In this document: positions 18,239-27,067 of the stretch, piece after piece
Numbering within the stretch: position 1 is the stretch's first letter
Layout of the letters: each line of letters starts with the position of its first letter
Source: a virus
Virus record (IMG/VR): IMGVR_UViG_3300032213_001988
Location: 67,519 to 131,518 of that record
Length of the DNA stretch: 64,000 nt
Direction: 5' to 3' (one strand)
Notes under the pieces: generated by a model
Database searches by the model: none
The model's input: only the letters and a program-made list of their open reading frames with translations
What the model was told of the DNA's origin: nothing
Position numbers and translations under genes: made by a program

Positions 18239-18829
18239 TTATTCTGTAGGACGAAGGTTGATGCGATTTTCTTCTAGGATTGGAGTGTACGCCTTTGACG
18301 CACCTGAAACGGGAGCCTTATATCCGTAACGTGCAAGACGAAAACGAAGAGCGCCGTGCGTGACGCCAAGACGCTTTGCAAGACGATACAGAGTCACACC
18401 CTCAACGGTGTGGGCATAGTTAATCAACCACGTATATTCCTCAGCCTCCTTGCGGTAAGCCTTTCCATATGAACGTACCTGTTGCGCATACGGTTGAAGC
18501 TCAAGTAGGCGCTTTAGCGTCTCCTCGGATGGTTCAACAAACTGCGGTGAAGATTTCTCAATGATCTTTGGCGGCTCAGGGATTGGATACCCATTTGCGG
18601 CGACACGAATTGCCTCACTCATTGGAACGGCAACAGCAATCTGACGAATACGCTCACGGGTGACCCCAACTGCAATACCAATTGAGTCGAGTGTCCAACC
18701 GCGCTCGCGAAGTGCCTTTATGTAGGCGTTGCGCTCAAGCTCGTTACTCGTGGTACGAGCGGAGAGCGAGGTGAAGGTGTCAAGTACCTCCTGTGGAAGA
18801 ACGTGACCTTGCTTAGTATGTTTTGTCAT
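18239..18829 (-). CDS. Double HTH DNA-binding protein
   Basis: GWTLDSIGIAVGVTRERIRQI and VTLYRLAKRLGVTHGALRFRL. Leaderless start after TG-T-TATAAT. Confidence 0.8.
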   Translation of the reverse strand: MTKHTKQGHVLPQEVLDTFTSLSARTTSNELERNAYIKALRERGWTLDSIGIAVGVTRERIRQIAVAVPMSEAIRVAANGYPIPEPPKIIEKSSPQFVEPSEETLKRLLELQPYAQQVRSYGKAYRKEAEEYTWLINYAHTVEGVTLYRLAKRLGVTHGALRFRLARYGYKAPVSGASKAYTPILEENRINLRPTE

Positions 18830-19371
18830 GTGTATATTATAACATGTTATCGTGCGCTCTAGAACCAGGGCGGAATACTTGTGTACTGACGAGTAATAAA
18901 TAGTACGTTAAGGCTAATTGCCTTGGGCGTGAGAGACCGAGGTTGTTTACTCGGGAGTAACTTAGAAGTGTCTCCAACAATTTTTTTATAAAAAGATTTT
19001 TCTACTGAGAAGTAGAAAAAACAACAGCAGGCACCTGCCTATGCCTGTCCTTCATAAGTTTTTGTAGCAAAAAGGCTGTAAAGTGACATAGATAAATAAT
19101 GTGTAGATATGCCTGTCTATGCTGTCTATAAGTAGTTTAGATTTATTTTTATAGTTGTAGTGTCTATGTCTTGTGTGTAGACAGACAGAGCTAGCGAGCT
19201 AGAGGCTAGCAGCTAGCAGACAGAACATCTGAGTGGAACTTAGATTACTTACGAGTAATGAGCAGACCTGCCAGCCTTCGTGTTGCGAGCTAGCCTACAG
19301 GCTAGGCGTCTATAGTTATAGAAATAGAAAGAGACCTGACATATAGCCAGGCCTCTTACTATTATTAACTG
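18830..19371. other. ~540-nt non-coding, AT- and CTAG-rich segment
   Basis: No ORF of 60 aa or more; short repeated words (gctag, tgtcta, agacag). Confidence 0.55.
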
Positions 19372-19893
19372 TTATTCTGGGACGACGACCATTACGTTTG
19401 GGTCGCCCTTGAAGATGCGCTTAAAGGTTTCAGCGTCCATGACGCCTGTTGCCTCAAGGTTGTTATCTCCTTGGTATTGCCTTACGGATTCCTTGGTTAG
19501 GTCACCGTACCAGCCATCAAGATCTGCTGAGGCATCGCCGTATCCTAGCTCCGCAAGGCGGCGCTGTAGATGATGTACGGTTAGTGACTTACGTGCATAC
19601 ATGTTCTTGTATACACACTGGGCAAGGAGTACCTCGTCCTTATCACCAAGGCCTACCACGTGGGCAGCCTCCGTATCCTCAACCCGCTCCTTTGCCTTAG
19701 CCTTTGGGGCTGGTGCTGGTTCAGGTTTAGGTTCAGGTGTTGGCTCAGGCTCGATAGCCTCAACCTCTACCACAGGTTCTTCAGAGGTAAACGTTGCTGA
19801 GTTAAACTCGTACAGCGGCTCCTCTGTAGCCTTAGGCTCGTCCATAGGGACACCAGCCGCATAGGACTGGTAGTTATCTTCGTTTTCGCTCAT
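19372..19893 (-). CDS. Peptidoglycan-binding domain protein
   Basis: VHHLQRRLAELGY...DGWYGDLTKESVRQYQ..NNLEATG (PG_binding_1 pattern) after an acidic/Pro-rich N-terminus. Confidence 0.8.
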   Translation of the reverse strand: MSENEDNYQSYAAGVPMDEPKATEEPLYEFNSATFTSEEPVVEVEAIEPEPTPEPKPEPAPAPKAKAKERVEDTEAAHVVGLGDKDEVLLAQCVYKNMYARKSLTVHHLQRRLAELGYGDASADLDGWYGDLTKESVRQYQGDNNLEATGVMDAETFKRIFKGDPNVMVVVPE

Positions 19894-19908
19894 AGGTTAA
19901 ATATATCC

Positions 19909-20532
19909 TTACTCTGGTAAAGTGACCTTAACGACACCAGGGTATTCGTTAAGCCTCTTTAATGTAGACATACCCGCACCTGAACGATATGCGTTAGGAC
20001 CTATGCCCCAAGAGCCAAAGTCCTTACCTCCGCCTGTCATCAGGTACATGACCTGTACATTAAGTACTGGGTCAAATAACTGCTCATTGGAAGTAAGCCC
20101 GAACTTCTTGCGACGTTCTGGTCCTAAATCGTAGATCATGTTGATTTGGTATATGCCGTATGAGCTGTCACCAGTTCTTGTACTCTTGTTAAGAGCTAGC
20201 GGACGGGCGTTTGATTCCCGCATTGCTATACCCCAGGCAATCCGATGTGCATCGCCTTCAAAGCCCACAGCTGAAAGAAGCTCTGAGAGTTGGCCACCGG
20301 ATAGAGGTATCTTGCTGTTCCGGTAGGAAGCAAATACCTCAGCTGAAGTACGAACTGATGCTGAAACTTCAGGTATGACCTTTGGTTCCAGCTTGCTATT
20401 TAGTTGTTCTGACTCGCTGGCGACTGCCTTTGAGTCAGCATTGAATTGCGACGACGCAGTCATTGCGACTGCAATCAGTGTCACCGCGTAAGCTACTGAC
20501 GTCACTGCTAATTTCATCTTCGAAACTCGCAT
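19909..20532 (-). CDS. Secreted lysozyme-like/transglycosylase (SLT-type)
   Basis: Signal-peptide-like N-terminus; IAMRES catalytic Glu motif; SYGIYQINM. Confidence 0.8.
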   Translation of the reverse strand: MRVSKMKLAVTSVAYAVTLIAVAMTASSQFNADSKAVASESEQLNSKLEPKVIPEVSASVRTSAEVFASYRNSKIPLSGGQLSELLSAVGFEGDAHRIAWGIAMRESNARPLALNKSTRTGDSSYGIYQINMIYDLGPERRKKFGLTSNEQLFDPVLNVQVMYLMTGGGKDFGSWGIGPNAYRSGAGMSTLKRLNEYPGVVKVTLPE

Positions 20533-20567
20533 GCTAGTTAGCCTCCTTTGTTAGGGGACAGGGACAA

Positions 20568-20585
20568 CCAAGCCCGCAGGCTTGG
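20568..20585 (-). promoter_or_regulatory. Perfect 7-bp hairpin in the leader of the transglycosylase gene
   Basis: CCAAGCC-TGCG-GGCTTGG, upstream of the AAAGGAGG RBS. Confidence 0.4.
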
Positions 20586-20600
20586 CGGAATGCGCTAGAG

Positions 20601-20972
20601 TTAGTTAAACCCCAACGACGATTCATATTCGCGAAGTCTTGAACGAGCTTCCTCGTCCTCAACTTCATGCATCGTCGACCACACGCTTCCCAACGTGTAG
20701 GCGTATTCCTTTCCTCGGGTAATGGCAACTTGGTTTTTGAAGTTGCTATATCCAAGGAAATCTATTGAGTCATTCATCCAGCTTTTGACGTCTTCCTTAC
20801 TCGCCACAAGGCGGTATGGGTAGTCGGCATCTGGCGTTGACTTGATCTCGATGCTCAGCATTGTAGCTAGCGGCTCGAGTGATTCACGGTCACGTGCACG
20901 GACCATAAGGTACTCAGGGTTTTCGCGATGCTGAACAGCAGACACGAATCCAGTCTCAGTAAATATCCACAT
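20601..20972 (-). CDS. Phage hypothetical protein
   Basis: MWIFTETGFVSAV...LMVRAR...ADYPYR...YSNFK; GAAAGG RBS. Confidence 0.8.
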   Translation of the reverse strand: MWIFTETGFVSAVQHRENPEYLMVRARDRESLEPLATMLSIEIKSTPDADYPYRLVASKEDVKSWMNDSIDFLGYSNFKNQVAITRGKEYAYTLGSVWSTMHEVEDEEARSRLREYESSLGFN

Positions 20973-21088
20973 CAGTATTACGTCCTTTCGTCATGCGTCC
21001 AATAATAACATCAGACGCTGTTTTTTGGAAACAAAAAGGGACAGAAATAGAACCTTTTTGTTTCATGTTTGTTTACGAACTAGACGCC

Positions 21089-21319
21089 TTAGGCGATGTC
21101 TAGTTCTACTCCTTCGGGTAGTTGATCCATTGCCTCAGCCTCAACCTGGTATCCCTCCTCAAAGGAATACATGTGTTTGACCTTGCGCATCTTGTCACCC
21201 GCAACGTAGAGTGTCATGTAAGTAGAGCCATCACTGTTATTGACGCTCAGCTTATAGTACTTTGCTACATCTTCCATAGGTGCCATAGTATCGCCTACCT
21301 TCCGAACTTCTTGCGGCAT
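21089..21319 (-). CDS. Hypothetical protein
   Basis: ORF track entry on the operon strand; start uncertain. Confidence 0.55.
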   Translation of the reverse strand: MPQEVRKVGDTMAPMEDVAKYYKLSVNNSDGSTYMTLYVAGDKMRKVKHMYSFEEGYQVEAEAMDQLPEGVELDIA

Positions 21320-21876
21320 TCAGGCCCAAGCTGAAGATCCCTTGAAACTGGATCTGTTAGCTCGGCTCCACAGCTACCACAGCAGCTGTAGTGTTGCCCA
21401 AAGATCTTTGCGTACTTGTATGGGTCCTGGCTGATTACGTTCATAATCGTGATTGAGTCCTGTGAAGGCACACGGTGACGCGTAAATCCACCTACTGAGC
21501 CAGTTAGTCGGCGCATGTATAGGTTACCCATATATTCCTTAACCTCGATGAAAAGGAGGTCACCAGTTAATGGAGTGCCCTCAAGAGAGATGTCCAGCTC
21601 ACCCGCAGGTATCGCATACTTAGATTTAGGCGCCTTCAAAAGTGCTTCCTGAAGAAGTGATTTGGTAGCTCCTGGAACCTTTGTAGCTTTCTGAGGCAGA
21701 CGGAGAAGAAGATCAATCGTGCTGGAAGCTTGCTTCTTAGTCAGCGTTGGAAGCATCGAGCGGAAGCTAGAAACTTGAATCGCATCGAGCTCACGCTCGG
21801 TAAGTAGTGAATCAATGAAGGCTACCTGCTTTTCGCTAGCGGCATCCTTCACGATTGGAAGAGTCATTTGAGTCAT
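21295..21876 (-). CDS. DUF6011-like zinc-binding domain protein
   Basis: C-terminal CCGSCGAELTDPVSRDLQLGPEC. Confidence 0.75.
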   Translation of the reverse strand: MTQMTLPIVKDAASEKQVAFIDSLLTERELDAIQVSSFRSMLPTLTKKQASSTIDLLLRLPQKATKVPGATKSLLQEALLKAPKSKYAIPAGELDISLEGTPLTGDLLFIEVKEYMGNLYMRRLTGSVGGFTRHRVPSQDSITIMNVISQDPYKYAKIFGQHYSCCGSCGAELTDPVSRDLQLGPECRKKFGR

Positions 21877-22073
21877 CGCGCGTCTCTTTTCTGTTTAGCT
21901 TCTTTGTACTTTACGTCTGACCACTCAGCGAAGTCATCAATAAGCTTTGAGAAGCGAGCCTTGAACTCTGGGCTAAAGAACCCAACGTCCTTCTTAGCTT
22001 TACGGCGTGCTTTCTTTGTCATCTTAACTCCTGCGTAAAGTATCGGGCTGTCTGGTACTAATCCGTGGAACAT
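21873..22073 (-). CDS. Hypothetical protein
   Basis: First ORF after the promoter cassette at 22109; GAAAGGAG RBS. Confidence 0.6.
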   Translation of the reverse strand: MFHGLVPDSPILYAGVKMTKKARRKAKKDVGFFSPEFKARFSKLIDDFAEWSDVKYKEAKQKRDAR

Positions 22074-22144
22074 GTTGGGCTCCTTTCCTGGGGTCCTCTT
22101 GATAGGTTAATTATATCAGGTAGGGCCAGGAAAGGAGCGAGAGG

Positions 22145-22315
22145 CTACGCCCTTTGAGCCAGCAGTGCCATAGTTATGCCTGCCATACCCAAGGAAACCA
22201 CCTTAGAGAGGCTCTCAGGGGAAATGAGGGCTACTCCTACGGAGAGCACGGCAAATACCAAGGCCAATACCGCAGGCCATACCAGCTCTTGGAGTCTAGT
22301 AATCCAGTTTGGCAT
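22145..22315 (-). CDS. Small membrane protein (56 aa)
   Basis: Hand-translated MPNWITRLQELVWPAVLALVFAVLSVG...; two hydrophobic helices. Confidence 0.6.
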   Translation of the reverse strand: MPNWITRLQELVWPAVLALVFAVLSVGVALISPESLSKVVSLGMAGITMALLAQRA

Positions 22316-22320
22316 GATTC

Positions 22321-22500
22321 CTACTTGACTGGGCGTGTTCGGCCCTTGAGACGGCTGGAGCCATCCCGAATGGTAGTTCCTGATGCGTCGATGAGCTTGC
22401 GAGCCTTACCATAGGTAATTCCTAGCTCCTTGGCTACCTCAACCACCGGCTTGCCTTGTGTGTAGAGCTGAGCTGCCGCTTGCGGCGTTGCTTCTGTCAT
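22321..22500 (-). CDS. Small HTH protein
   Basis: LYTQGKPVVEVAKELGITYGKARKLI; start re-called to ATG 22500 behind GAAAGG. Confidence 0.75.
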   Translation of the reverse strand: MTEATPQAAAQLYTQGKPVVEVAKELGITYGKARKLIDASGTTIRDGSSRLKGRTRPVK

Positions 22501-22622
22501 TTCAGTACCTTTCGTCAGTGTTTCCTTTAGTTCGGCTGGAGGTTCTGCCTCTAGCCAGGCTCGGGACTTCCTGTGAAGTTCCTCGGCCTCCTTGAGTAAC
22601 TGCAGCTGCGAGCTACCCAAAT

Positions 22623-22937
22623 CTATTTTTCTTCCAGCTTGAGAGTCTCGATGACGGCGCGACCGGTAACGGAATCCCGAATAAGGAATCCATCATCAGC
22701 GTGACAGCTCATACATAGATACTCGTTGCGTCGATGTGATGGGTCACGGAAAACCTTTTCTTGTTTGCCACACCTATCGCAGTAGGGTTTTAATGGATGT
22801 GAATGTGCGTATTGACGTGAGTGCTCAGCGCATAGCAGTTGCTCACCACACTCATAAACAAGTGCGTTGGTTTCCTGGCATCGTTCACATGTTCCGTAAA
22901 CGTATACCTGATCTTTCTGAATCGTACCTCGCGTCAT
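22623..22937 (-). CDS. Cys-rich zinc-finger-like protein
   Basis: CERC, C..H, CDRC and CMSC pairs. Confidence 0.6.
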   Translation of the reverse strand: MTRGTIQKDQVYVYGTCERCQETNALVYECGEQLLCAEHSRQYAHSHPLKPYCDRCGKQEKVFRDPSHRRNEYLCMSCHADDGFLIRDSVTGRAVIETLKLEEK

Positions 22938-22975
22938 TGCATCCTCCTGTAGTGGTAGAACTTTATCCTGAATCC

Positions 22976-23239
22976 TTATTCTTGTAAACCTTTATCCAAA
23001 ACCATCTGGCGTCGTGGTCCATATTCACTGGAAGGTAGCCCAATGTTAATGGATACCTGACAGTCGATGTGGTCCATGTGACGGGCAGACATCTTAAGGT
23101 TGCCCTTTGCCTTGTTGCCTAGCGGCACGAACTGAATCTCCTGAGCCACATAGATGTAGTGGCCGCAGGAGATACAGATCTCAAAACGATTGTCGTCTCT
23201 ACGACGAGGGACTCTTTGGTCCTTTGCTAGAAACTTCAA
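22976..23239 (-). CDS. Hypothetical protein
   Basis: ORF track; CISC motif. Confidence 0.55.
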   Translation of the reverse strand: MKFLAKDQRVPRRRDDNRFEICISCGHYIYVAQEIQFVPLGNKAKGNLKMSARHMDHIDCQVSINIGLPSSEYGPRRQMVLDKGLQE

Positions 23240-23240
23240 G

Positions 23241-23453
23241 TTAGATGTCTAGCTTTCGGCTGCCTGGCTTGTAGCTCTTATGAGAGGCTACGCCAAGAAG
23301 AGGTTGGATCTTTACTTCATCCTTCTTGTGCTTGTAGATCTTGCGAGCTACGAAGCCTAAGGCTACTGCTGCAATGACCCACGAGTGTAGGTACAGCTCA
23401 ATGGTGTTGGGAATGTATAGAGACACTACCCAGCTTTCAATTGTAAACTCCAT
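23241..23453 (-). CDS. Small membrane protein
   Basis: Hydrophobic helix; TAA-ATG junction. Confidence 0.6.
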   Translation of the reverse strand: MEFTIESWVVSLYIPNTIELYLHSWVIAAVALGFVARKIYKHKKDEVKIQPLLGVASHKSYKPGSRKLDI

Positions 23454-23687
23454 TTACTTTCCTTTCGTTAGGTTGAACTCGTCGTCCGCAACGTTGAAGC
23501 AGTGAAGTGCAAATACTAGAAGTGGAATACATCCACCAAGTACGAGAACTGCTGCCGCAACAAGCGATAGCAAACTAGGGAAGATGAAAAACGTGTGAGC
23601 TGCGTATGGGAACCAGGCAACTGCTGCTACGATTAGTGCTGCGCCATAGCGGCGGTAACGGTATCCACGAAACTTGTTTATTTTCAT
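23454..23687 (-). CDS. Small membrane protein
   Basis: Two TM helices; follows promoter 23733 and the RBS motif. Confidence 0.7.
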   Translation of the reverse strand: MKINKFRGYRYRRYGAALIVAAVAWFPYAAHTFFIFPSLLSLVAAAVLVLGGCIPLLVFALHCFNVADDEFNLTKGK

Positions 23688-23748
23688 TTGGGAAGTCCTT
23701 TCGTCATTTGCCGGAGGTTCCGGCGTTGGGATAATTATATCAGGTAGG

Positions 23749-23928
23749 TCAGGCAGATGGCTCCATTAGCTTGCTAATTGAATCCATTTTTTCTTTGATG
23801 ACGGCATACGCGTTGGCGCATGAGTAGCAGTATGTCTCGGTAGGAATCCCACCGAGCATGAAGGCGGCAACTCCTGAGTACACAAGCTCTGTGTTCTCGC
23901 AGTTAGGAACCTTGCACTGGCTCGCCAT
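23749..23928 (-). CDS. Small Cys-containing protein (59 aa)
   Basis: Hand-translated MASQCKVPNC...YCYSC; TAATG overlap. Confidence 0.6.
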   Translation of the reverse strand: MASQCKVPNCENTELVYSGVAAFMLGGIPTETYCYSCANAYAVIKEKMDSISKLMEPSA

Positions 23929-24041
23929 TATCGGCGAGCTTTCTTCATGCGACGCTCTTGCTTAGTTGTGTCGATGATGAATGGAGCTGCAATAAGTAGG
24001 ATTGCTGCGAAGTAGATTATGAATGCTGTTGTTTCTGTCAT
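23928..24041 (-). CDS. Small single-TM protein (37 aa)
   Basis: MTETTAFIIYFAAILLIAAPF...; GAAAGG RBS after promoter 24076. Confidence 0.6.
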   Translation of the reverse strand: MTETTAFIIYFAAILLIAAPFIIDTTKQERRMKKARR

Positions 24042-24100
24042 TTTGTATTACCTTTCGTAGTTGGGTTGTTGGAATAATTATATCAGGTAGGTTGGGAAGA

Positions 24101-24277
24101 TTAACTCTTTGTTCCCCAGGTAACCAGCGAGATCACCTTATCCGCAAGGAAGTTGCTACGGCTGTAAGCTTCGGCCCATGATTCCGCCTCTGCCTCTGAA
24201 CGGCAGTACTGGTAAAAGGTTTGGCCATTACTCATCGTGTAGTAGTACGTGGTTTGATTTCCAGGTATATTTTTCAT
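24101..24277 (-). CDS. Hypothetical protein
   Basis: Follows promoter 24307; start re-called to MKNIPG. Confidence 0.55.
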   Translation of the reverse strand: MKNIPGNQTTYYYTMSNGQTFYQYCRSEAEAESWAEAYSRSNFLADKVISLVTWGTKS

Positions 24278-24313
24278 TTGGAGCTCCAATCCCTTGTTGT
24301 TAGGACAATTATA

Positions 24314-24487
24314 TCAGGTAGGTTCTCCACGGCGCTTAAACTCTGGGCGTCTGCGTGAGATTTCACACTGGTCGGGTTTTAGCCCCTGGGACTTTAGCCA
24401 GCTCTTGGCGGCATCCTCATCAGTGAACTGTCCCGCCCAGACTCCGCTGGGTAGGAACACGTTCACCATTTCGTAGAGAGTACTCAC
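24314..24487 (-). CDS. Small hypothetical protein (57 aa)
   Basis: MSTLYEMVNVFLPSGVWAGQF...; its stop lies inside the promoter motif. Confidence 0.55.
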   Translation of the reverse strand: MSTLYEMVNVFLPSGVWAGQFTDEDAAKSWLKSQGLKPDQCEISRRRPEFKRRGEPT

Positions 24488-24588
24488 CAACGAACCTCTG
24501 GGTCGTTTTTGTTGATTTTGTGGTCGAGCTCAAGCACCGCAAACAGCAGTGCCATAGCAACGGCAACTACAATGACTACACCTATCAT
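24484..24588 (-). CDS. Small single-TM protein (34 aa)
   Basis: MIGVVIVVAVAMALLFAVL; ATGA/GTGA overlaps. Confidence 0.5.
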   Translation of the reverse strand: MIGVVIVVAVAMALLFAVLELDHKINKNDPEVRW

Positions 24589-24803
24589 TTGTGTTCTCCA
24601 AACATCTCTGTCCAGCATGTTGGATGATAACCAGTCATTAGTTGCTCACGTAGAGACTTATCTAAGTCTGGGTAAGCATCTTGGATTGCCGCACCAAGTT
24701 GGCGAGCAAAGAATCCCACTGCTGGAACCTCAACTACTCCACCCTTGTTGCACCAAGAACAGGTTGGTGTCTCCACCACATATGTTTCATCTATGAGTGC
24801 CAT
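24585..24803 (-). CDS. Phage zinc-binding hypothetical protein
   Basis: CSWC...IQDAYPDL...REQLMTGYHPTCW; RBS and promoter 24832. Confidence 0.75.
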   Translation of the reverse strand: MALIDETYVVETPTCSWCNKGGVVEVPAVGFFARQLGAAIQDAYPDLDKSLREQLMTGYHPTCWTEMFGEHK

Positions 24804-24838
24804 ACGTTGTCCTTTCGTAGTTTCTTAGGACAATTATA

Positions 24839-24988
24839 TCAGGCAGGTGGGTATTTAGAAGCGCCAATCACGAGCTTGTAGTCGTTAATGTCCTCGCCCT
24901 TGTCATCAAGATACGTCTCAACGGCATCAACCGAACGAAATTGGCCTACCCACGTGTTGTCGGCACTATAAAGATGAATGTAGCTCAT
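24839..24988 (-). CDS. Small hypothetical protein (49 aa), similar to 24314-24487
   Basis: MSYIHLYSADNTWVGQF...; ATGA overlap with the protease gene. Confidence 0.55.
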   Translation of the reverse strand: MSYIHLYSADNTWVGQFRSVDAVETYLDDKGEDINDYKLVIGASKYPPA

Positions 24989-25575
24989 TTTAGCTTCTTT
25001 CCGTATTGGATTCGTGTAATGATAGGAGCCTTAGTGTATACATCCCACTCACAGGCAACCGCAACTGATTTTTCAATAACCTTTTCGGCTTTCTCCGGGT
25101 TGTCCTTTAGCTTCTCGATTCCCAGGGCAACCAAAGCTCCAAGAGCTACATCACCACCTGAACCTCCGTAATAAATGTTACGTACTTCTCTGTCCCACGA
25201 GTAATCTTCAAAGATTGGATAGATAACACCGCGAACAATTACAAGTAAGTTCGAGTCTTGAAACGCCGCATCACCATCGTCCTTTGCATCGTAGCCAGCA
25301 TCTTGAAATGCACTACGCAAGGAAGGTATAAAGGAGCGAGTCATAAACTTATCGAGACCATCTTGCGTTACGTTCTTTGGTGGCGTTGGTGGCGTCCAAC
25401 CAAACTGCGAGATGTTTCCACCGCGTGATGCGCCGGAGACTGCAATAAGGTACTCACCATTCGCAACAACCTTTGGAGTCGCAAGATCCATTGCGCGACC
25501 ACCTTCGTCACTTGCACGTGAATCACAGCCAATGACTGCCCAGCCATTTCCTTGAAAAGCAGCAAGCGTTGTCAA
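24985..25575 (-). CDS. HslV/proteasome beta-like Ntn (threonine) peptidase
   Basis: TTG start gives (M)TTLAAFQGNGWAVIGCDSRAS...PKV...LIAVSG...YYGGSGGDVALGAL, with an N-terminal Thr nucleophile and DSR/K/GSG motifs. Confidence 0.8.
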   Translation of the reverse strand: MTTLAAFQGNGWAVIGCDSRASDEGGRAMDLATPKVVANGEYLIAVSGASRGGNISQFGWTPPTPPKNVTQDGLDKFMTRSFIPSLRSAFQDAGYDAKDDGDAAFQDSNLLVIVRGVIYPIFEDYSWDREVRNIYYGGSGGDVALGALVALGIEKLKDNPEKAEKVIEKSVAVACEWDVYTKAPIITRIQYGKKLK

Positions 25576-25653
25576 TAGAGTCTCCCAGGGTTTAGTCAAT
25601 TGTATCCTAAACCTACCGCACATGGCGGTAAGCTTAGGAACAACCTATCAAAG

Positions 25654-25986
25654 TTATGCTGGGTCTACTATGGAGATAGGGACTGTTATGTTGGCAGATT
25701 CAGTACCTGTCGGGGTATATCTTGCGAATCTACCCATAGGCTTTTCTAACTGAACCACAATCTTGGTTCTCTTCATACCGGTAACTCGTGCGTACTCACC
25801 CACGAGATAGCGGGTACCGCAACTGTTGTTGAATCGAACTCTGTCACCAATACCGAAATCGGTAGCTTTTTTAGTAGAACGGAGTGCCGCAAGTCGAGAC
25901 TCAACCGAGGTGTTCAGTGCTCCAAGGTCATTGTCCAACTCACCACTTTCGATGGCAGCCTTAACTGCCTCTAGTGTTAGCGTCAT
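25654..25986 (-). CDS. Hypothetical protein with SH3/KOW-like C-terminus
   Basis: FGIGDRVRF...ARVTG.KRTKIVVQL; follows promoter 26018. Confidence 0.7.
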   Translation of the reverse strand: MTLTLEAVKAAIESGELDNDLGALNTSVESRLAALRSTKKATDFGIGDRVRFNNSCGTRYLVGEYARVTGMKRTKIVVQLEKPMGRFARYTPTGTESANITVPISIVDPA

Positions 25987-26019
25987 TTTGTCCCTCCTTA
26001 GGGGTTGTCGTTAAGCTAA

Positions 26020-26484
26020 TTATATCAGGTAGGTCTCGACTTCGCCTTTAGCAAACGCGGCATACGTCACACCTGTGTGGTTGTTGCTGTCATCAACGCG
26101 TAGCTCACCTACATGCGCAGGCTCGAGTTGTGAATCATGAGTTAGATAGATCTCGTACACCAGCGAGTCATTGAGCCAACCGCAGGCGCTCTCAACCCAG
26201 GCAAGGCACTCATCTTCATATCTCGCTGGAACAGTGGTAACGAACTGCCGCGCAGTGAGATCAATCACGTTCCCCCACTCGGGTTCGGTAATAAAGTATC
26301 TGCCTTTAGCATCTTCACCAATGTCTTCATAGACTGCCCAGTGTTCTCTGCGTGTGTAGCTAAGACCTGTGACTCTAATCAGACCTAGCTTATGTTTCTC
26401 CGCATACATACTTGACTGCATCAAGCACTGACCGAAAGCTGTAGCTGGATCGGCAATACCTTTAGGCGCTAACCGCACGCTCAT
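26020..26484 (-). CDS. Hypothetical protein
   Basis: 154-aa ORF; EHWAV...VIDLTARQF; TAATG overlap. Confidence 0.65.
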   Translation of the reverse strand: MSVRLAPKGIADPATAFGQCLMQSSMYAEKHKLGLIRVTGLSYTRREHWAVYEDIGEDAKGRYFITEPEWGNVIDLTARQFVTTVPARYEDECLAWVESACGWLNDSLVYEIYLTHDSQLEPAHVGELRVDDSNNHTGVTYAAFAKGEVETYLI

Positions 26485-26798
26485 TAGTATTCCAAATCTG
26501 GATTTTTGTACTGTGGATACATTTTGTAGAATCCTTGCATGTCCCAGTTCATGTCAGTCTTGCAGATAGAGCATTCAGTAGGATAGATGTCATCTAGGTT
26601 TGACATGTCAAGCTCGACAAGTTGAAGACCACACTCGCCAAAATTAAGAGCTAGACTTTCAAGTAAACCTCTACCCTCTTCCTCGGCGCTCTTACGGAAC
26701 ACAATGGAAAGACGTTCGGGGCCAGTCAGAGTCGACCAGGGAACTCCTGGACCGCGACACCAGATAGATGCCATCACCTTTTCTTTTTTGTCACTCAT
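26484..26798 (-). CDS. Hypothetical protein (CxxC)
   Basis: Start re-called to ATG 26798, overlapping the upstream stop. Confidence 0.6.
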   Translation of the reverse strand: MSDKKEKVMASIWCRGPGVPWSTLTGPERLSIVFRKSAEEEGRGLLESLALNFGECGLQLVELDMSNLDDIYPTECSICKTDMNWDMQGFYKMYPQYKNPDLEY

Positions 26799-27051
26799 CG
26801 GACCAGAGCTCATCTCTGAGAGCTTCTTCGTATTTGTCTCCGCGAAACGAGTTAGAACCAAAAGTGATGTCTTCACTTTCAATAAGTTTATCGAGTGACA
26901 ACACCGCAGTGTGTCCTTCAGCTTCAAACATGATGACGAGTTTTGTGTCGCCTTCATTTGGGTCATCGACAAGAGCAACGCGGAATGGCATTCCCGCAAC
27001 TCCATTTCGGTGGTAGTCTGCGTTTACAATTTGTAAGTTAGTTAGAGTCAT
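26791..27051 (-). CDS. Phage hypothetical protein
   Basis: YHRNGVAGMPF...FGSNSFRGD; start ATG 27051 behind GAAAGG. Confidence 0.75.
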   Translation of the reverse strand: MTLTNLQIVNADYHRNGVAGMPFRVALVDDPNEGDTKLVIMFEAEGHTAVLSLDKLIESEDITFGSNSFRGDKYEEALRDELWSDE

Positions 27052-27067
27052 GTGTGTTCCTTTCCAC

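Noticed and set aside
20533-20600. c-di-AMP (ydaO) riboswitch upstream of the transglycosylase
   Set aside because: The intergenic space is too short and the consensus motifs are not found.
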